Below are positions 29,807 to 42,785 of a stretch of DNA of 64,000 nucleotides, piece by piece. The notes under the pieces were generated by a model. The model ran no database searches, was not told the DNA's origin, and saw nothing but the letters and a program-made list of their open reading frames with translations. The translations under genes and the position numbers were made by a program. The stretch's first letter is position 1. Each line of letters begins with the position of its first letter. This DNA comes from an uncultured Bacillota bacterium (lineage in GTDB: Bacteria > Bacillota > DTU025 > MWDF01): positions 224,001 to 288,000 of the forward strand of contig CAWGMK010000006.1 in assembly GCA_963823655.1 (NCBI GenBank). The letters are read 5' to 3'.

Positions 29807-32800
29807 GTGGCGTCAGAAGAAAAGAAGGCTACTTTGAAAAAAGCAGGCAAACCCGCAGCCAACGAGGCTAAGGAGCCGTCGCAGGCCGTGCAGGAGGTCG
29901 AAATAGTGACGCAGGCAAAAGCCAAAAAGCCGTCCAAAGCCAAGAAACAGGAGCCTCAGAAGGCGGCAGTGATGCCGGTTTCGAAGCGGAGGATCCGCAA
30001 GAGCTTCTCGAAGATCAAGGATATCGAGGAAGTTCCGAACCTTCTGGACATACAGAAACAGTCCTACGAGTGGTTCATAAGCAAGGGTCTGGCCGAAACC
30101 TACAGGGAGATATCCCCGGTAGAAGCCTTTACCCATAACCTCGTCCTCGAGTTCATCGATCACAGGTTCGAGGAGCCTACATATTCAGTGGAGGAGTGCA
30201 AGAGGCGAGATGTAACATACTCGGCCAGACTGCACATCAACGTGAACCTTCACAACAAGAACACGGGAGAAATCGTCCAGCAGGAGGTCTTCGTAGGGGA
30301 TTTCCCGATGATGACCGATCGCGGCACATTCATAATAAACGGAACGGAAAGAGTCATCGTAACGCAGCTCGTCCGCTCCCCCGGGGTCTATTTCAGCGAG
30401 GAGAACAAGGAAGGCATCAACATTTTCAACGCGAGCATCATCCCCAACAGGGGTGCATGGCTCGAGCTTGATGCAAGCCCTTTAAGAGGTATCGGCGTCA
30501 AACTGGACAGAAACCACAAGTTCCCCGTAACCGTGCTTTTAAGAGCCCTCGGCTTTGGCACGGACGAGGAGATAATGGACCTGTTCCACAAGGATGAGCT
30601 AATACTGACCACACTCAAGAGGGACCCTTCCAAGAACCAGCAGGAGGCCATGGTCGAGATTTACAAGACCATGAGGCCTGACGACTTCACCTCCACCTCC
30701 GGTGCGAAAGAGCTCTCAAAGAAGAGCCTGGACCCTGGTGACAAGGCGAGGATCGTAAACGAAATATCGAAATACGGCAGCACGCTACTCGACCAGCTCT
30801 ACTTCCAGGACAAGAAGTACGACCTGGCGGAAGTAGGGCGCTATAAGGTAAATAAGAAGCTCAATATCTGGGAGAGGCTCATCGACAGGACCCTGACCAG
30901 GGATCTGTTCATGCCCAGCGAGATAGATACGACGACCGGCGAGATAACCGACGGTGAAGTGCTCGTCCCGGCAGGCACGCTTATTGACCGCAGGAAGGCT
31001 CAGGAGCTCAAGCGCGACCCCAAGGCCTCCCACATCGCAGAGGCGTGGATCCAGTCGCCCGACGGCAGCGGCAAAGAGCTCAAAGTTATGGGCAACGGCA
31101 ACATCCCCGAGGGCAAGAAGATCATTACCCGCGAGGACATGCTCACCACAGTCAACTATCTCATCAACCTGCATTATGGCGTCGGTGGGACGGATGACAT
31201 CGACCATTTGGGCAACAGAAGGCTCAAGACGGTAGGTGAGCTGCTGCAGAACCAGTTCAGGATCGGCCTCTCAAGGATGGAGAGGCTTATAAGGGAGCGC
31301 ATGACCCTGCAGGATATAGAAGGGGTCAAGCCACAGACGCTCATCAACTTCAGGCCGGTTGTAGCCGCCCTGAAGGAGTTCTTCGGCTCATCCCAGCTCT
31401 CCCAGTTCATGGACCAGACCAATCCTCTAGCCGAGCTTACGCACAAGAGAAGGCTCTCAGCCCTGGGCCCCGGCGGCTTGAACAGAGAGCATGCGGGCTT
31501 CGAGGTAAGAGACGTACATCACAGCCATTACGGAAGGATATGTCCGATAGAAACGCCGGAAGGCCCGAACATCGGCCTCATCGGCGCGCTGTGCAACTAC
31601 TCCAAGATCAACCCGTACGGCTTCATCCAGACCCCCTATATGAGGGTAATGGACGGCAAGGTGACCGGGGAGATCGAGTACCTGACGGCCGACGAAGAGG
31701 ACATATTCATAATTGCGCAGGCGAACGAGGAGCTGAGCCCCGACGGCAAGTTCATGAGGAACAAGGTCGAGGCGAGGTACAAGGATAAGATCATCGTAAG
31801 CGAAGTAGCCCAGGTGGACTACATAGACGTATCGCCCAAGCAGATCGTCTCCATCGCTACCGCGCTCATCCCGTTCCTTGAGCACGACGACGCAGGCCGT
31901 GCCCTGATGGGAGCCAACATGCAGCGCCAGGCGGTTCCCCTAATCAAGGCAGAGGCGCCTTTGGTTGGAACCGGCATGGAATATAGGGCCGCAGTGGACT
32001 CCGGCATAGTTGTCACCTCCAGGAAAGCAGGCATGATCGACAAAGTCGACGCTCAGCAGATAACTATGGCTTATGAGGATGGCGGCTACGAAACCTATCC
32101 TCTCCTTAAGTTCAAGCGCTCGAACCAGGGCACTTGCATCAACCAGAAGCCCGTAGTCAACAAGGGCGACCTGGTGGCTGCAGGAGAAGTCCTCGCGGAC
32201 GGGCCTGCGACCGACATGGGTGAGATGGCCCTTGGCAGAAACGTTCTAATCGCATTCCTGCCTTGGGAGGGCTATAACTACGAGGACGCCATACTCTTAA
32301 GCGAGAAGCTCGTAAAAGACGACGTCTTCACATCCATACACATTGAGGAGTACGAGTGCGAAGCCAGGCAGACGAAGCTGGGCGACGAAGAGATAACCCG
32401 CGACATACCCAACCAGGGCGAGGAAGCCCTAAAAGACCTCGACGACGAAGGCATCATCAGAGTAGGCGCCGAAGTCAGGGCGGGTGACATCCTCGTTGGT
32501 AAGGTAACCCCTAAGGGCGAAACCGAGCTGACGCCGGAGGAGAAGCTGCTAAGAGCCATATTCGGCGAGAAGGCAAGAGAAGTCAGGGATACGTCCCTGA
32601 AAGTGCCCCACGGCGAGTCCGGCAAAGTAGTCTCCGTAGACGTATTCACCAGGGAAAGAGGAGACGAACTGGGCCACGGCGTGATAAAGCTTGTCAGAGT
32701 CTATGTGGCGCAGAAGAGGAAGATATCGGTGGGCGACAAAATGGCAGGTCGCCACGGCAACAAGGGCGTCATAGCAAGGATACTCCCCGAGGAGGATATG

Positions 32801-33757
32801 CCCTTCCTGCCGGACGGCACGCCTATTGAAATCGTGCTCAACCCGCTGGGCGTACCTTCGCGCATGAACATCGGCCAGGTCCTTGAGACGCATCTGGGCA
32901 GGGCTGTCATTCCAAATAAGCTGAAGTACCCCGAGCGCGAGAAGACGTATGTCGCAACGCCGGTATTTGACGGCGCACATGAAGATGAAATCATGCAGAT
33001 GCTGGAAGATGCCGGCTGGAACCGCAACGGCAAGACAGTCTTGTATGACGGAAGAACGGGAGATTCCTTCGCAAGCCCCGTTACCGTAGGATATGCATAC
33101 TTCCTGAAACTGCTCCATCTTGTAGATGACAAGATCCATGCAAGGGCTACGGGACCCTACTCCCTGGTCACCCAGCAGCCGCTGGGAGGCAAGGCTCAGT
33201 TCGGCGGCCAGAGATTCGGCGAGATGGAAGTTTGGGCACTGGAAGCGTACGGGGCGGCAAACACACTGCAGGAGCTGCTGACCGTCAAATCGGACGATAT
33301 AGTGGGCAGGGTTAACACATACGCTGCCATAGTCAAGGGGGAGAACGTTCCGGGACCGGGCATACCGGAAGCATTCAAGGTGCTAATCAAGGAACTTCAG
33401 TCGCTCAGCCTTGACGTCAGGATATTGACCAACGAGGACAGGGAAATCAGCATCAAGGACCTTGAAGAGGATGCAAGCGATTCGGCAAGGGACCTGGGCT
33501 TCGATCTGGGTGCAAGGCCCTATAGGATAGGCGGGGACCTGCATATCGAAGAGCGCAGGCCTGAGAGGGAACGCAGGCGTGAAGAGGATGATAAAGCAGA
33601 AGACCTTCTTCCGCTGGCAGACTTCAGGATAGGCAAGGAGGACGTAATCGCAATTGAAAGCGATTTGGAGTCCGAGGCGCCTGAAGGGGATCCAATGCCG
33701 AGCCTGGACGACCTCGACATCGTCGAAGAAAGCACAGATGTCAAAGAGGAAGAGTAG
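29807..33757 (+). CDS. rpoB: RNA polymerase beta subunit
   Basis: [52 protein letters not shown]; GTG start after GAGGAGG. Confidence 0.98.
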   Translation: MASEEKKATLKKAGKPAANEAKEPSQAVQEVEIVTQAKAKKPSKAKKQEPQKAAVMPVSKRRIRKSFSKIKDIEEVPNLLDIQKQSYEWFISKGLAETYREISPVEAFTHNLVLEFIDHRFEEPTYSVEECKRRDVTYSARLHINVNLHNKNTGEIVQQEVFVGDFPMMTDRGTFIINGTERVIVTQLVRSPGVYFSEENKEGINIFNASIIPNRGAWLELDASPLRGIGVKLDRNHKFPVTVLLRALGFGTDEEIMDLFHKDELILTTLKRDPSKNQQEAMVEIYKTMRPDDFTSTSGAKELSKKSLDPGDKARIVNEISKYGSTLLDQLYFQDKKYDLAEVGRYKVNKKLNIWERLIDRTLTRDLFMPSEIDTTTGEITDGEVLVPAGTLIDRRKAQELKRDPKASHIAEAWIQSPDGSGKELKVMGNGNIPEGKKIITREDMLTTVNYLINLHYGVGGTDDIDHLGNRRLKTVGELLQNQFRIGLSRMERLIRERMTLQDIEGVKPQTLINFRPVVAALKEFFGSSQLSQFMDQTNPLAELTHKRRLSALGPGGLNREHAGFEVRDVHHSHYGRICPIETPEGPNIGLIGALCNYSKINPYGFIQTPYMRVMDGKVTGEIEYLTADEEDIFIIAQANEELSPDGKFMRNKVEARYKDKIIVSEVAQVDYIDVSPKQIVSIATALIPFLEHDDAGRALMGANMQRQAVPLIKAEAPLVGTGMEYRAAVDSGIVVTSRKAGMIDKVDAQQITMAYEDGGYETYPLLKFKRSNQGTCINQKPVVNKGDLVAAGEVLADGPATDMGEMALGRNVLIAFLPWEGYNYEDAILLSEKLVKDDVFTSIHIEEYECEARQTKLGDEEITRDIPNQGEEALKDLDDEGIIRVGAEVRAGDILVGKVTPKGETELTPEEKLLRAIFGEKAREVRDTSLKVPHGESGKVVSVDVFTRERGDELGHGVIKLVRVYVAQKRKISVGDKMAGRHGNKGVIARILPEEDMPFLPDGTPIEIVLNPLGVPSRMNIGQVLETHLGRAVIPNKLKYPEREKTYVATPVFDGAHEDEIMQMLEDAGWNRNGKTVLYDGRTGDSFASPVTVGYAYFLKLLHLVDDKIHARATGPYSLVTQQPLGGKAQFGGQRFGEMEVWALEAYGAANTLQELLTVKSDDIVGRVNTYAAIVKGENVPGPGIPEAFKVLIKELQSLSLDVRILTNEDREISIKDLEEDASDSARDLGFDLGARPYRIGGDLHIEERRPERERRREEDDKAEDLLPLADFRIGKEDVIAIESDLESEAPEGDPMPSLDDLDIVEESTDVKEEE

Positions 33758-33800
33758 GCTGTTCCTGTTGTCAGCATCCGAAAGATAGGGGGCGAAGCCG

Positions 33801-36800
33801 ATGTTGGACGTCAACGATTTCGATAAAATACAAATAGCCATGGCTTCTCCTGAGAAGATCAGAAGCTGGTCTTCCGGGGAAGTAAGGAAGCCTGAGACGA
33901 TAAACTACAGGACTTTGAAGCCGGAAAAGGACGGGCTCTTCTGCGAGAAGATCTTCGGGCCGACGAAGGACTGGGAATGCAACTGCGGCAAGTACAAGAA
34001 GGTACGCCACAAGGGCATCATATGCGACAAGTGCGGAGTCGAGGTCACGAAGGCCAAGGTCCGCCGCGAGAGGATGGGCCACATAGAGCTTGCGGCCCCG
34101 GTCTCTCATATATGGTACTTCAAGGGGATCTCCAGCCGCATGGGGCTGCTTCTGGACATGACGCCGAAGCACCTGGAGAAAGTCATATACTTCGCATCCT
34201 ACATAGTAGTCGACCCGGGAGACACGCCGCTTTCCAAGAAGCAGCTGCTCACCGAGTCGGAGTACCAGAACTATAACGATAAGTACCACAACCTGTTCAG
34301 GGCCGGCATGGGTGCCGAAGCCGTACAGGACCTTCTGAAGGAGATCGACATCCCCGCCCTGGGCGAAGAGCTCAGGGAGGAGATCAAGACATCGTCCGGG
34401 TCCAAGAGGGACAAGGCAAGAAGGCGCCTTGAGCTGGTAGAAGCGTTCAAGGAAGCCGGCAATAAGCCGGAGTGGATGATACTTGAGGTACTTCCGGTAA
34501 TACCGCCGGATCTAAGGCCTATGGTACAGCTTGATGGCGGCAGGTTCGCCACCAGCGACCTAAATGACCTGTACCGCAGGGTGATTAACCGCAACAACAG
34601 GCTGAAGAAACTGCTTGAACTGCAGGCTCCCGACATCATCGTAAGAAATGAGAAGAGGATGCTGCAGGAGGCGGTCGACGCCCTCATAGACAACGGCAGA
34701 CGCGGCAGGCCGGTAACCGGCCCCGGCAACAGGCCGTTGAAATCCCTGTCCGACCTTCTGAAGGGCAAGCAGGGACGCTTCCGTCAGAACCTTCTCGGCA
34801 AGCGCGTCGATTACTCGGGCAGGTCAGTCATCGTCGTAGGCCCCACCTTGAAGCTGCACCAGTGCGGCTTGCCCAAGGAGATGGCCCTTGAGCTTTTCAA
34901 GCCCTTCGTGATGAGAAGGCTCGTAGAGAAGAAATATACCGAGAATATGCGCAATGCCAATAAGATGGTACAGAGGCTGCGGCCTGAAGTATGGGACGTC
35001 CTTGAGGAAGTAATCCGCGAGCACCCTGTCCTTCTAAACCGCGCCCCGACCCTTCACAGGCTGGGCATACAGGCGTTCGAGCCAATTCTTGTGAACGGCA
35101 AGGCGATACAGATCCATCCTATGGTCTGCGCGGCCTACAACGCCGACTTCGACGGCGACCAGATGGCAGTCCACGTTCCGCTCTCACCTGAAGCCCAGGC
35201 GGAGGCCAGGCTTCTGATGCTCAGTGTGAACAATATTCTCTCGCCTGCTTCCGGCAACCCTATCACCGTCCCCAACCAGGACGTCGTAATAGGATGCTAC
35301 TACCTAACGGCTGAAAGGCCTGACTCCAAGGGCGAGGGCAGGCTGTTCAAGGATATCCCGGAGGCTTTGATGGCCTTCCAGTACAACGAGCTCTCCTTGC
35401 AAGCGAGGATATTCGTAAGGATGCCCGAGAACAAATGCATACTTGGAAGCGAGACGAAGTACGGCAGGCTGTTCATGAGCACCGTAGGAAAGCTGATATT
35501 CAACAGCATATTCCCGGATGAGTTCCCGTTCATAAACAGCTGCATCAGCACCTTTGACGACAGCCTTACGGGCGGCGGGCTCGTAACCCAGGAGGATCTA
35601 AGGGCAGTAGAGCGCCTCAACCTCGACGAGGCGGGCAAAACGCTTGTGGATATCGTGTCCAAAAGGGCAGTCAACGAGCGAAAGGCCGCAACCAAGGGCT
35701 TCCTTTCCAAGCTGGTCGCGAAGTACCGCAACACATACGGCAACACGATGACGGCCGAGATGCTCGACAACATCAAGGGCCTGGGCTATAAATACGCTAC
35801 CTACTCGGGAACGACGGTCGGAATCATGGACGCGGCCATCCCGCCTGAGAAGAAGCAGATACTAGAGAAGGCCGACCAGGAGATCGACAGGATAGAAAGG
35901 CAGTTCAAGAGAGGACTGCTGACCGAGATGGAAAAAGAGCAGAAGGAGCAGGACGTCTGGACCGACGCAAAGGAAAAAGTCCAGAAGGCCATGGAGGCGA
36001 ACCTCGACAGGTTCAATCCGATATACATGATGGCCACCTCCGGCGCCAGAGGCAACCTCGGGCAGCTGGGCCAGCTGGCCGGAATGAGAGGCCTCGTCGC
36101 TGACCCGTCAGGCCGTACCATCAACGTCCCGATCAGGTCAAACTTCAGGGAAGGCCTGAACGTGCTCGAATACTTCATCTCTACGCACGGCACAAGGAAA
36201 GGCCTTGCCGACACGGCTTTGAGAACGGCCAAGTCGGGCTATCTGACCAGAAGGCTCGTTGACGTTGCACAGGATGCAATAGTCCGTACCTTCGACTGCG
36301 GCGCCGACATGGGCATAGAAGTCACAGCGCTGTTCGACGGCGAGGGCAAGAATATCATCGAGCCCCTCAGGGACAGGATAATCGGACGCATGGGCTTCGA
36401 GAACGTCAGCTATTCCGACCCTGTGACGGGCGAAGAGAAGACAATAGAGATAAAGAACAGGGTTATCAATGAGGAGACGGCCCTTCTAATGGATGCCGTC
36501 GGCATCAAGAAGCTTAAGGTTCGCTCCGTGCTGCAGTGCAAGGCGAAGTACGGTGTGTGCGCATGCTGCTACGGCAGGAACCTCGCCCTCGGCAGGCCTG
36601 TTAGAAGGCCCGGGGACATCGAGGAGTTCAACTACACCCTGGACGGAGTGCCTGTACTGAAGGGCGAGATCGTGGACATCGGCGAGGCGGTAGGCATAAT
36701 CGCCGCCCAGTCGATCGGAGAGCCCGGCACCCAGCTTACGATGAGGACCTTCCATACCGGAGGCGTTGCCGGAGACGACATCACCTACGGCCTGCCTAGG

Positions 36801-37604
36801 GTCGAGCGCGACTTCGAGGCGAGGATCCCCAGCACCGATGCCCATAAGGCCGGCGTGGTAAGCATAAAGGACATCGGCGGCGTCACTAAGGTCATCATAA
36901 GGGCCACCAACGGCCAGGAGCACGACTACACAGTGCCTGCGGGCGCCAAGATGCTCGTAGTAGAAGGCCAGAAGATCGGAAAGAGCGACAGGCTGTACGA
37001 GCAGCCGCTGCACAGGAACGCGCAGGACGTGTTCCAGCAGGAGGGCATAGTCTCGGCTCTGCAGTTCATAGTCGGCGAAGTCCAGGAAGTGTACAGAAGG
37101 CAGGGCGTCGAGATCAACGACAAGCATATCGAGGTCATCGTCCGCCAGATGTCCAGGAAACTTAAGATCATGGACTCCGGCGATACCCACTTCAAGGAGA
37201 AGGCCGTCGTAGACCGCTTCGAGCTGGAGGCCATAAACAAGAAGCTGGTGGAAGAGGGCAAGAAGCCCGCACAGCCGTGGCTGCCCGGCATCAAGCTCGC
37301 CGCAGTCTCGATGGACAGCTTCCTTGCTGCAGCGTCATTCCAGGAGACGGCAACAGTGCTGACAGACGCCGCCATCAAGGGCAAGATAGACAGGCTCATA
37401 GGCCTGAAGGAGAACGTAATAATCGGAAAGCTGATACCGGCAGGGACCGGAATGAAAAAGTACAGGAACATAACGATGTACAATCCCGAAGATCTTATAG
37501 CCATGGTCGCGGCCCAAGCCGAAGCATCAGGGCTTACGGCAGAGGCGGACGGCGTTTTAGAGGCGCCTGTCGACGCGGCTTCTGCTACGGAAGGGTCGGT
37601 ATAA
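33801..37604 (+). CDS. rpoC: RNA polymerase beta' subunit
   Basis: [40 protein letters not shown]. Confidence 0.98.
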   Translation: MLDVNDFDKIQIAMASPEKIRSWSSGEVRKPETINYRTLKPEKDGLFCEKIFGPTKDWECNCGKYKKVRHKGIICDKCGVEVTKAKVRRERMGHIELAAPVSHIWYFKGISSRMGLLLDMTPKHLEKVIYFASYIVVDPGDTPLSKKQLLTESEYQNYNDKYHNLFRAGMGAEAVQDLLKEIDIPALGEELREEIKTSSGSKRDKARRRLELVEAFKEAGNKPEWMILEVLPVIPPDLRPMVQLDGGRFATSDLNDLYRRVINRNNRLKKLLELQAPDIIVRNEKRMLQEAVDALIDNGRRGRPVTGPGNRPLKSLSDLLKGKQGRFRQNLLGKRVDYSGRSVIVVGPTLKLHQCGLPKEMALELFKPFVMRRLVEKKYTENMRNANKMVQRLRPEVWDVLEEVIREHPVLLNRAPTLHRLGIQAFEPILVNGKAIQIHPMVCAAYNADFDGDQMAVHVPLSPEAQAEARLLMLSVNNILSPASGNPITVPNQDVVIGCYYLTAERPDSKGEGRLFKDIPEALMAFQYNELSLQARIFVRMPENKCILGSETKYGRLFMSTVGKLIFNSIFPDEFPFINSCISTFDDSLTGGGLVTQEDLRAVERLNLDEAGKTLVDIVSKRAVNERKAATKGFLSKLVAKYRNTYGNTMTAEMLDNIKGLGYKYATYSGTTVGIMDAAIPPEKKQILEKADQEIDRIERQFKRGLLTEMEKEQKEQDVWTDAKEKVQKAMEANLDRFNPIYMMATSGARGNLGQLGQLAGMRGLVADPSGRTINVPIRSNFREGLNVLEYFISTHGTRKGLADTALRTAKSGYLTRRLVDVAQDAIVRTFDCGADMGIEVTALFDGEGKNIIEPLRDRIIGRMGFENVSYSDPVTGEEKTIEIKNRVINEETALLMDAVGIKKLKVRSVLQCKAKYGVCACCYGRNLALGRPVRRPGDIEEFNYTLDGVPVLKGEIVDIGEAVGIIAAQSIGEPGTQLTMRTFHTGGVAGDDITYGLPRVERDFEARIPSTDAHKAGVVSIKDIGGVTKVIIRATNGQEHDYTVPAGAKMLVVEGQKIGKSDRLYEQPLHRNAQDVFQQEGIVSALQFIVGEVQEVYRRQGVEINDKHIEVIVRQMSRKLKIMDSGDTHFKEKAVVDRFELEAINKKLVEEGKKPAQPWLPGIKLAAVSMDSFLAAASFQETATVLTDAAIKGKIDRLIGLKENVIIGKLIPAGTGMKKYRNITMYNPEDLIAMVAAQAEASGLTAEADGVLEAPVDAASATEGSV

Positions 37605-37634
37605 GAAAATTGTGCACTCGTAGCTCGAATCTTA

Positions 37635-37663
37635 TTGACAGTATGGGTGCGCAATGTTAACAT
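37635..37663 (+). promoter_or_regulatory. Promoter of the str operon
   Basis: TTGACA-17 bp-TAACAT with TGn extension. Confidence 0.8.
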
Positions 37664-37715
37664 TTTTAGGTGCCTGCCCATGTAATTTATTTTACTAGAA
37701 AGGGCGCGGTGCTCG

Positions 37716-37970
37716 TTGAAAGAGGAGCTCTCGGACCCTAAAGTCAGGGTCGTAGGAAGAAAGCAAGTATTGCGGGCCTTGTCCAGGGGCGAGGCCGTCG
37801 AAGTATTCCTTGCGAAAGACGGCAATTCATCCATAGTCAGAGAGCTGCGGGAAGCCGCGGCCAAGGCCGGAGTTCCTGTAAGGGATGTCGAAAGCAAGTC
37901 AGCTTTGGGAAGAACATGCGGCATTGAGGTTGGCGCCTCGGTCGCCGCGGTACTGAAGATAGAAGCTTAA
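37716..37970 (+). CDS. ybxF: L7Ae-family protein (YbxF/RplGB)
   Basis: VVGRKQVLRAL..VFLAKD..LGRTCGIEVGAS; directly upstream of rpsL. Confidence 0.9.
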   Translation: MKEELSDPKVRVVGRKQVLRALSRGEAVEVFLAKDGNSSIVRELREAAAKAGVPVRDVESKSALGRTCGIEVGASVAAVLKIEA

Positions 37971-37997
37971 GATCGTACTGGAAAGGAGGTGCAGCGA

Positions 37998-38411
37998 ATG
38001 CCGACAATCAGCCAGCTGGTCAAGAATGGCAGGGAGAAGGTCGAGTACAAATCATCATCACCCGCCCTTCGTTTCCAGTATAACTCGCTAGAGCGCAGGA
38101 CAAACTACGGAGAAGGATCGCCGCAGAGGCGCGGCGTTTGCACTGTAGTCAGGACAGCGACACCCAAGAAGCCGAATTCGGCTTTGAGGAAGATCGCAAG
38201 GGTGAGGCTTAGCAACGGAATTGAGGTAACAGCCTATATTCCCGGCGAGGGCCACAATCTCCAGGAGCACTCTGTAGTGCTAATAAGGGGAGGTCGCGTA
38301 AAGGACCTGCCAGGCGTAAGGTATCACATCATACGCGGTACATTAGACAGCGCCGGAGTATCCAACAGGCGCCAGGGAAGATCCAAGTACGGAGCCAAGA
38401 GGCCTAAGTAA
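37998..38411 (+). CDS. rpsL: 30S ribosomal protein S12
   Basis: [29 protein letters not shown]. Confidence 0.98.
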   Translation: MPTISQLVKNGREKVEYKSSSPALRFQYNSLERRTNYGEGSPQRRGVCTVVRTATPKKPNSALRKIARVRLSNGIEVTAYIPGEGHNLQEHSVVLIRGGRVKDLPGVRYHIIRGTLDSAGVSNRRQGRSKYGAKRPK

Positions 38412-38437
38412 CAGCTAGCCACGAGGGAGGTTTACCC

Positions 38438-38908
38438 ATGCCCAGGAAAGGCAATGTAACTAAGAGGGAGATCACTGCGGACCCGGTTTTCAACAGCGTC
38501 CTGGTCTCCGAGTTCATAAACAAGATCGTTATGAATGGCAAGAAGAGCATAGCCGAGGGAATATTCTACGGCGGCTGCGATATCATCAAGCAGAAGTCCG
38601 GAAGCGACCCGCTCGAAGTGCTCGACAAAGCCATGAAGAATGTCATGCCGCTTCTTGAGGTCAAACCCCGCAGAGTCGGCGGCGCGACCTATCAGGTCCC
38701 TATGGAAGTAAGGCCCGAGCGTCGCAAGGCATTGGCACTGAGATGGATCATAATCAATGCCAGAAAGCGCTCTGAGCGCACCATGGTTGAGCGTTTCGCA
38801 GGCGAGATCCTCGATGCGTCGAACAATGTGGGCGTTTCCATTAAGAAGCGCGAGGACATGCACAAGATGGCAGAGGCAAACAAAGCCTTCGCACATTACA
38901 GGTGGTAG
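38438..38908 (+). CDS. rpsG: 30S ribosomal protein S7
   Basis: [26 protein letters not shown]. Confidence 0.98.
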   Translation: MPRKGNVTKREITADPVFNSVLVSEFINKIVMNGKKSIAEGIFYGGCDIIKQKSGSDPLEVLDKAMKNVMPLLEVKPRRVGGATYQVPMEVRPERRKALALRWIIINARKRSERTMVERFAGEILDASNNVGVSIKKREDMHKMAEANKAFAHYRW

Positions 38909-38952
38909 CATCGTTTGATTTATAGTAATTGTACAGGAAAGGAGTGGTGGTC

Positions 38953-41022
38953 ATGGCTGATTTAGGCAGGATACGCAACATAGGCATAATGGCACATATT
39001 GACGCAGGCAAGACCACTACTACCGAGCGTATTCTATTCTATACCGGCAGGCTTCACAGGATGGGCGAAGTCCACTCCGGCACGGCTACGATGGACTGGA
39101 TGATACAGGAGCAGGAGAGGGGAATAACCATCACCTCCGCTGCTACTACATGTATATGGAACGATCACCAGATTAACATCATAGACACGCCCGGGCATGT
39201 TGACTTCACCGTAGAGGTCGAAAGGTCTCTGAGGGTGCTGGATGGAGCAGTGGCAGTCTTCTGTGCGGTCGATGGGGTGCAGCCCCAGTCGGAAACGGTA
39301 TGGAGACAGGCAGACAGATACAACGTACCAAGGCTGGCCTTCGTGAATAAGATGGACCGCATGGGCGCAGATTTCAATGCGGCAGTCAAGAGCATGAAGG
39401 ACAAGCTCGGCGCAAACCCCGTCCCGGTGCAGATGCCAATAGGCTCCGAGGAGAATTTCAAGGGGATAATCGACCTTATACACATGAACGCCAGGCTGTA
39501 CAACGATGACCTTGGAGTAAGCGTGGAGGATGTCGAAATTCCCGAGGAGCTCAGGGCCGAAGCTGAAGTGCAAAGGGAGTACATGGTCGAGCAGATCTCC
39601 GGTTGCGACGACGAGCTCACAGAGTGCTACTTCGAAGGGCGCGAGATTACGCCCGAGATGCTTATCGCAGGAATAAGGCGCGCTACGCTTTCAGCGAAGC
39701 TTACGCCCGTCATCTGCGGCTCGGCTTTCAAGAACAAGGGCGTACAGCCACTTCTTGATGCAATAGTCGATTTCCTTCCCAGCCCGATAGACATGCCGCC
39801 AGTAGAGGGCATTGATCCCAGGGACGATGAGAAGGTCCAAAGGAAGGCCTCCGAGGACGAGGAATTCTGCGCATTGGTATTCAAAATCGCAACTGACCCC
39901 TTCGTCGGAAAGCTCACCTACATAAGGGTGTATTCCGGCAAGGCGGAAGCCGGCAAAGTATATTACAACGCCTCCAAGGGAAAGCGCGAGAGGATATCAA
40001 GGATCTTGCGCATGCATGCAAACCACAGGGAGGACCTCGACAGCATAAGCGCCGGCGAAATAGTCGGCATAGTAGGCCCCAAGGAAGTCACTACGGGGGA
40101 TACGCTTTGCGACGAGAGGCATGCCCTGATATTGGAGCGCATGGTGTTCCCGGAACCGGTAATATCCCTGACTGTGGAGCCCAAGACCAAGACCGATGAG
40201 GATAAGCTTACCATGGCCCTCATGAAGCTGGCCGAGGAAGATCCTACTTTCAGGATGAGCACCGACCAGGACACCGGCCAGACGATCATCGCAGGCATGG
40301 GGGAGCTCCATCTGGAGATCATCGTTGACAGGCTTCTCAGGGAGTTCAAAGTCGGCGCCAATATAGGCAAACCTCAGGTTGCCTACAGGGAGACGATATC
40401 CAAGTCCGTAGAGAACGAGACGCGCTTCATAAGGCAGACCGGCGGAAGAGGCCAGTACGGCCACGTGGTCTTCGAAGTGGAGTCCGCCCCCGCGGGATCG
40501 GGCATCATCTTCGAGAACGCGACTGTGGGCGGCTCAATCCCGAGAGAATACATACCGGCAATAGAAGCCGGCGCGAGGGAAGCTTCAGGCGCGGGTCCTG
40601 TGGCAGGGTATCCGGTAGTAGACGTGAAGGTGAAGCTGACGGACGGGTCCTATCACGTAGTGGACTCATCAGAGCTTGCCTTCAAAATCGCAGCCTCCAT
40701 ATGCTTCAAGGAAGCTGTTGCGAAGGCGGCACCGATACTGCTGGAGCCTATCATGAAGGTCGAGATCACGACCCCTACAATGTATGTGGGCGATGTGATG
40801 TCCGATATTAGCGCTAGGCGCGGCAAAGTCACCGGCATGGAAAACCATGCGGCTGCCGAGATTGTGAAAGCTCAGGTGCCGATGGGGGATATGTTCGGTT
40901 ACGCTACAACGGTCCGCTCCCTTACACAGGGAAGGGCGACCTACACGATGCAGTTCTTAAGATACGAGCAGGTCCCGAACTACGTCTCAGAGGAGATAAT
41001 CAAGAACTACAAGGGCATATAG
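38953..41022 (+). CDS. fusA: Elongation factor G
   Basis: [32 protein letters not shown]. Confidence 0.98.
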   Translation: MADLGRIRNIGIMAHIDAGKTTTTERILFYTGRLHRMGEVHSGTATMDWMIQEQERGITITSAATTCIWNDHQINIIDTPGHVDFTVEVERSLRVLDGAVAVFCAVDGVQPQSETVWRQADRYNVPRLAFVNKMDRMGADFNAAVKSMKDKLGANPVPVQMPIGSEENFKGIIDLIHMNARLYNDDLGVSVEDVEIPEELRAEAEVQREYMVEQISGCDDELTECYFEGREITPEMLIAGIRRATLSAKLTPVICGSAFKNKGVQPLLDAIVDFLPSPIDMPPVEGIDPRDDEKVQRKASEDEEFCALVFKIATDPFVGKLTYIRVYSGKAEAGKVYYNASKGKRERISRILRMHANHREDLDSISAGEIVGIVGPKEVTTGDTLCDERHALILERMVFPEPVISLTVEPKTKTDEDKLTMALMKLAEEDPTFRMSTDQDTGQTIIAGMGELHLEIIVDRLLREFKVGANIGKPQVAYRETISKSVENETRFIRQTGGRGQYGHVVFEVESAPAGSGIIFENATVGGSIPREYIPAIEAGAREASGAGPVAGYPVVDVKVKLTDGSYHVVDSSELAFKIAASICFKEAVAKAAPILLEPIMKVEITTPTMYVGDVMSDISARRGKVTGMENHAAAEIVKAQVPMGDMFGYATTVRSLTQGRATYTMQFLRYEQVPNYVSEEIIKNYKGI

Positions 41023-41066
41023 TCAGGACAAGAGCACTTTAAATATCCTTTAAGGAGGAAAGAGAA

Positions 41067-42269
41067 ATGGCAAAGCAGAAGTTCGAGCGCAACAAGCCGC
41101 ACGTAAACATCGGCACCATCGGTCATATCGACCATGGCAAGACCACACTTACAGCGGCAATTACCACAGTACTAGCCAAGTCAGGCCTTGCTACTGTCAA
41201 GAGGTTCGATGAGATCGACAACGCTCCCGAGGAAAAGGCCCGTGGAATCACCATCAACACCGCACACGTGGAGTATGCAACCGAGAAGAGGCATTACGCC
41301 CACGTCGACTGCCCCGGTCATGCCGACTATGTAAAGAACATGATCACCGGAGCCGCCCAGATGGACGGAGCCATCCTGGTAGTGTCGGCCGCAGACGGCC
41401 CGATGCCCCAGACCCGTGAGCACATCCTTCTCGCCCGCCAGGTCGGCGTGCCCAAGATAGTAGTAGCGCTCAACAAGTGCGACGCAGTTGACGATCCGGA
41501 GCTCCTCGAGCTGGTCGAGATGGAAGTAAGGGACCTCCTGAGCTTCTACGAGTTCCCCGGAGATGAGATCCCCGTAGTGCCCGTCAGCGCCCTTAAGGCC
41601 GGCGAGTGCGGTTGCGGCCAGCGCAGCTGCGAGTGGTGCGGCAAGGTATGGAACCTCATGGACGCAGTCGACACATACATCCCGACTCCTGATCGCGCAG
41701 TTGACAAGCCGTTCCTGATGCCTATCGAGGACGTCTTCACAATTACCGGGCGCGGCACGGTCGTTACCGGTCGTATCGAGCGCGGTAAGGTCAAGGTCGG
41801 CGAGGAAGTCGCAATAGTAGGGCTCATGCCCGAAATCAAGAAGAGCGTAGTAACCGGAGTCGAGATGTTCAGGAAATTGCTGGACGAAGGCTTCGCGGGC
41901 GATAACGTCGGTTGCCTGCTTCGCGGCATCGACAAGGACGAGGTCGAGCGCGGCCAGGTCCTCGCAAAGCCCGGCACGATCACTCCGCACACCAAGTTCC
42001 GCGGTCAGGTCTACGTCCTCACCCAGAACGAAGGCGGACGCCATACTCCGTTCTTTAACAACTACAGGCCTCAGTTCTTCATCAGGACAACCGACGTCAC
42101 CGGAAGCATTTCCCTTGATGCCGGCACCGAGATGGTAATGCCCGGCGACCACGCCAACCTGACAATTCAGCTTATCACCCCCATCGCAATCGAAGTGGGA
42201 ATGAGCTTCGCAATCCGTGAGGGCGGCCGTACGGTCGGAGCAGGGACTGTAACCTCGATAGAGCAGTAG
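41067..42269 (+). CDS. tuf: Elongation factor Tu
   Basis: [33 protein letters not shown]. Confidence 0.98.
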   Translation: MAKQKFERNKPHVNIGTIGHIDHGKTTLTAAITTVLAKSGLATVKRFDEIDNAPEEKARGITINTAHVEYATEKRHYAHVDCPGHADYVKNMITGAAQMDGAILVVSAADGPMPQTREHILLARQVGVPKIVVALNKCDAVDDPELLELVEMEVRDLLSFYEFPGDEIPVVPVSALKAGECGCGQRSCEWCGKVWNLMDAVDTYIPTPDRAVDKPFLMPIEDVFTITGRGTVVTGRIERGKVKVGEEVAIVGLMPEIKKSVVTGVEMFRKLLDEGFAGDNVGCLLRGIDKDEVERGQVLAKPGTITPHTKFRGQVYVLTQNEGGRHTPFFNNYRPQFFIRTTDVTGSISLDAGTEMVMPGDHANLTIQLITPIAIEVGMSFAIREGGRTVGAGTVTSIEQ

Positions 42270-42280
42270 GCGGCTGTTTG

Positions 42281-42313
42281 CCTTGAGGGGCGCCGCAAAC
42301 GACGTCCCTCAAG
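42281..42313 (+). terminator. Hairpin after tuf (no clear U tract)
   Basis: ccttgagggg/tccctcaagg stem. Confidence 0.45.
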
Positions 42314-42320
42314 GAATCAA

Positions 42321-42405
42321 GTAGGCGATGAAGCTGGATGTTGCCGGCGGGACCCGAACGACCGGGAGAACTCCAGCCGAGTAAGTCCGCGAAAGATCGG
42401 GCGAT
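42321..42405 (+). ncRNA. S10 operon leader RNA (Firmicutes rpsJ leader-like)
   Basis: GCGATGAAGC..GTTGCC..GAGTAAGTC pattern with gctgga/tccagc stem before rpsJ. Confidence 0.65.
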
Positions 42406-42420
42406 GGAGGGTAAAAACTA

Positions 42421-42729
42421 ATGTCGAAGAGCAAAGTAAGAATAAAGCTCAGAGCATTCGACCACAAGCTTCTGGACCAGTCGTCACAGAAGATAGTGGA
42501 GACGGCCAAGGCTATGGGCGCTCTGGTATCGGGGCCGATACCGCTTCCGACGGAGAAGAATATCTACACGGTGCTCCGCTCCGTATTCGTGGAGAAGGAC
42601 TGCCGCGAGCAGTTTGAAATGAGAACGCACAAGAGGCTTATCGATATAATCGAGCCTAACCAGAAGGTCATGGACGCTCTCATGAAACTGGATCTGCCCT
42701 CAGGGGTGGATATAGAGATAAAGCTCTAA
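42421..42729 (+). CDS. rpsJ: 30S ribosomal protein S10
   Basis: [30 protein letters not shown]. Confidence 0.97.
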   Translation: MSKSKVRIKLRAFDHKLLDQSSQKIVETAKAMGALVSGPIPLPTEKNIYTVLRSVFVEKDCREQFEMRTHKRLIDIIEPNQKVMDALMKLDLPSGVDIEIKL

Positions 42730-42785
42730 CGTGAGTCCAATGGCCATAAGCTAAGAAACACGTTTACGAGCAGGAGGTGTAATGG

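Noticed and set aside
31375-31530. Possible resistance alleles in the RpoB rifampicin cluster and in S12
   Set aside because: Key residues read as wild type (SQFMDQ..H.RRLS; S12 PKKPNS and RVKDLP).
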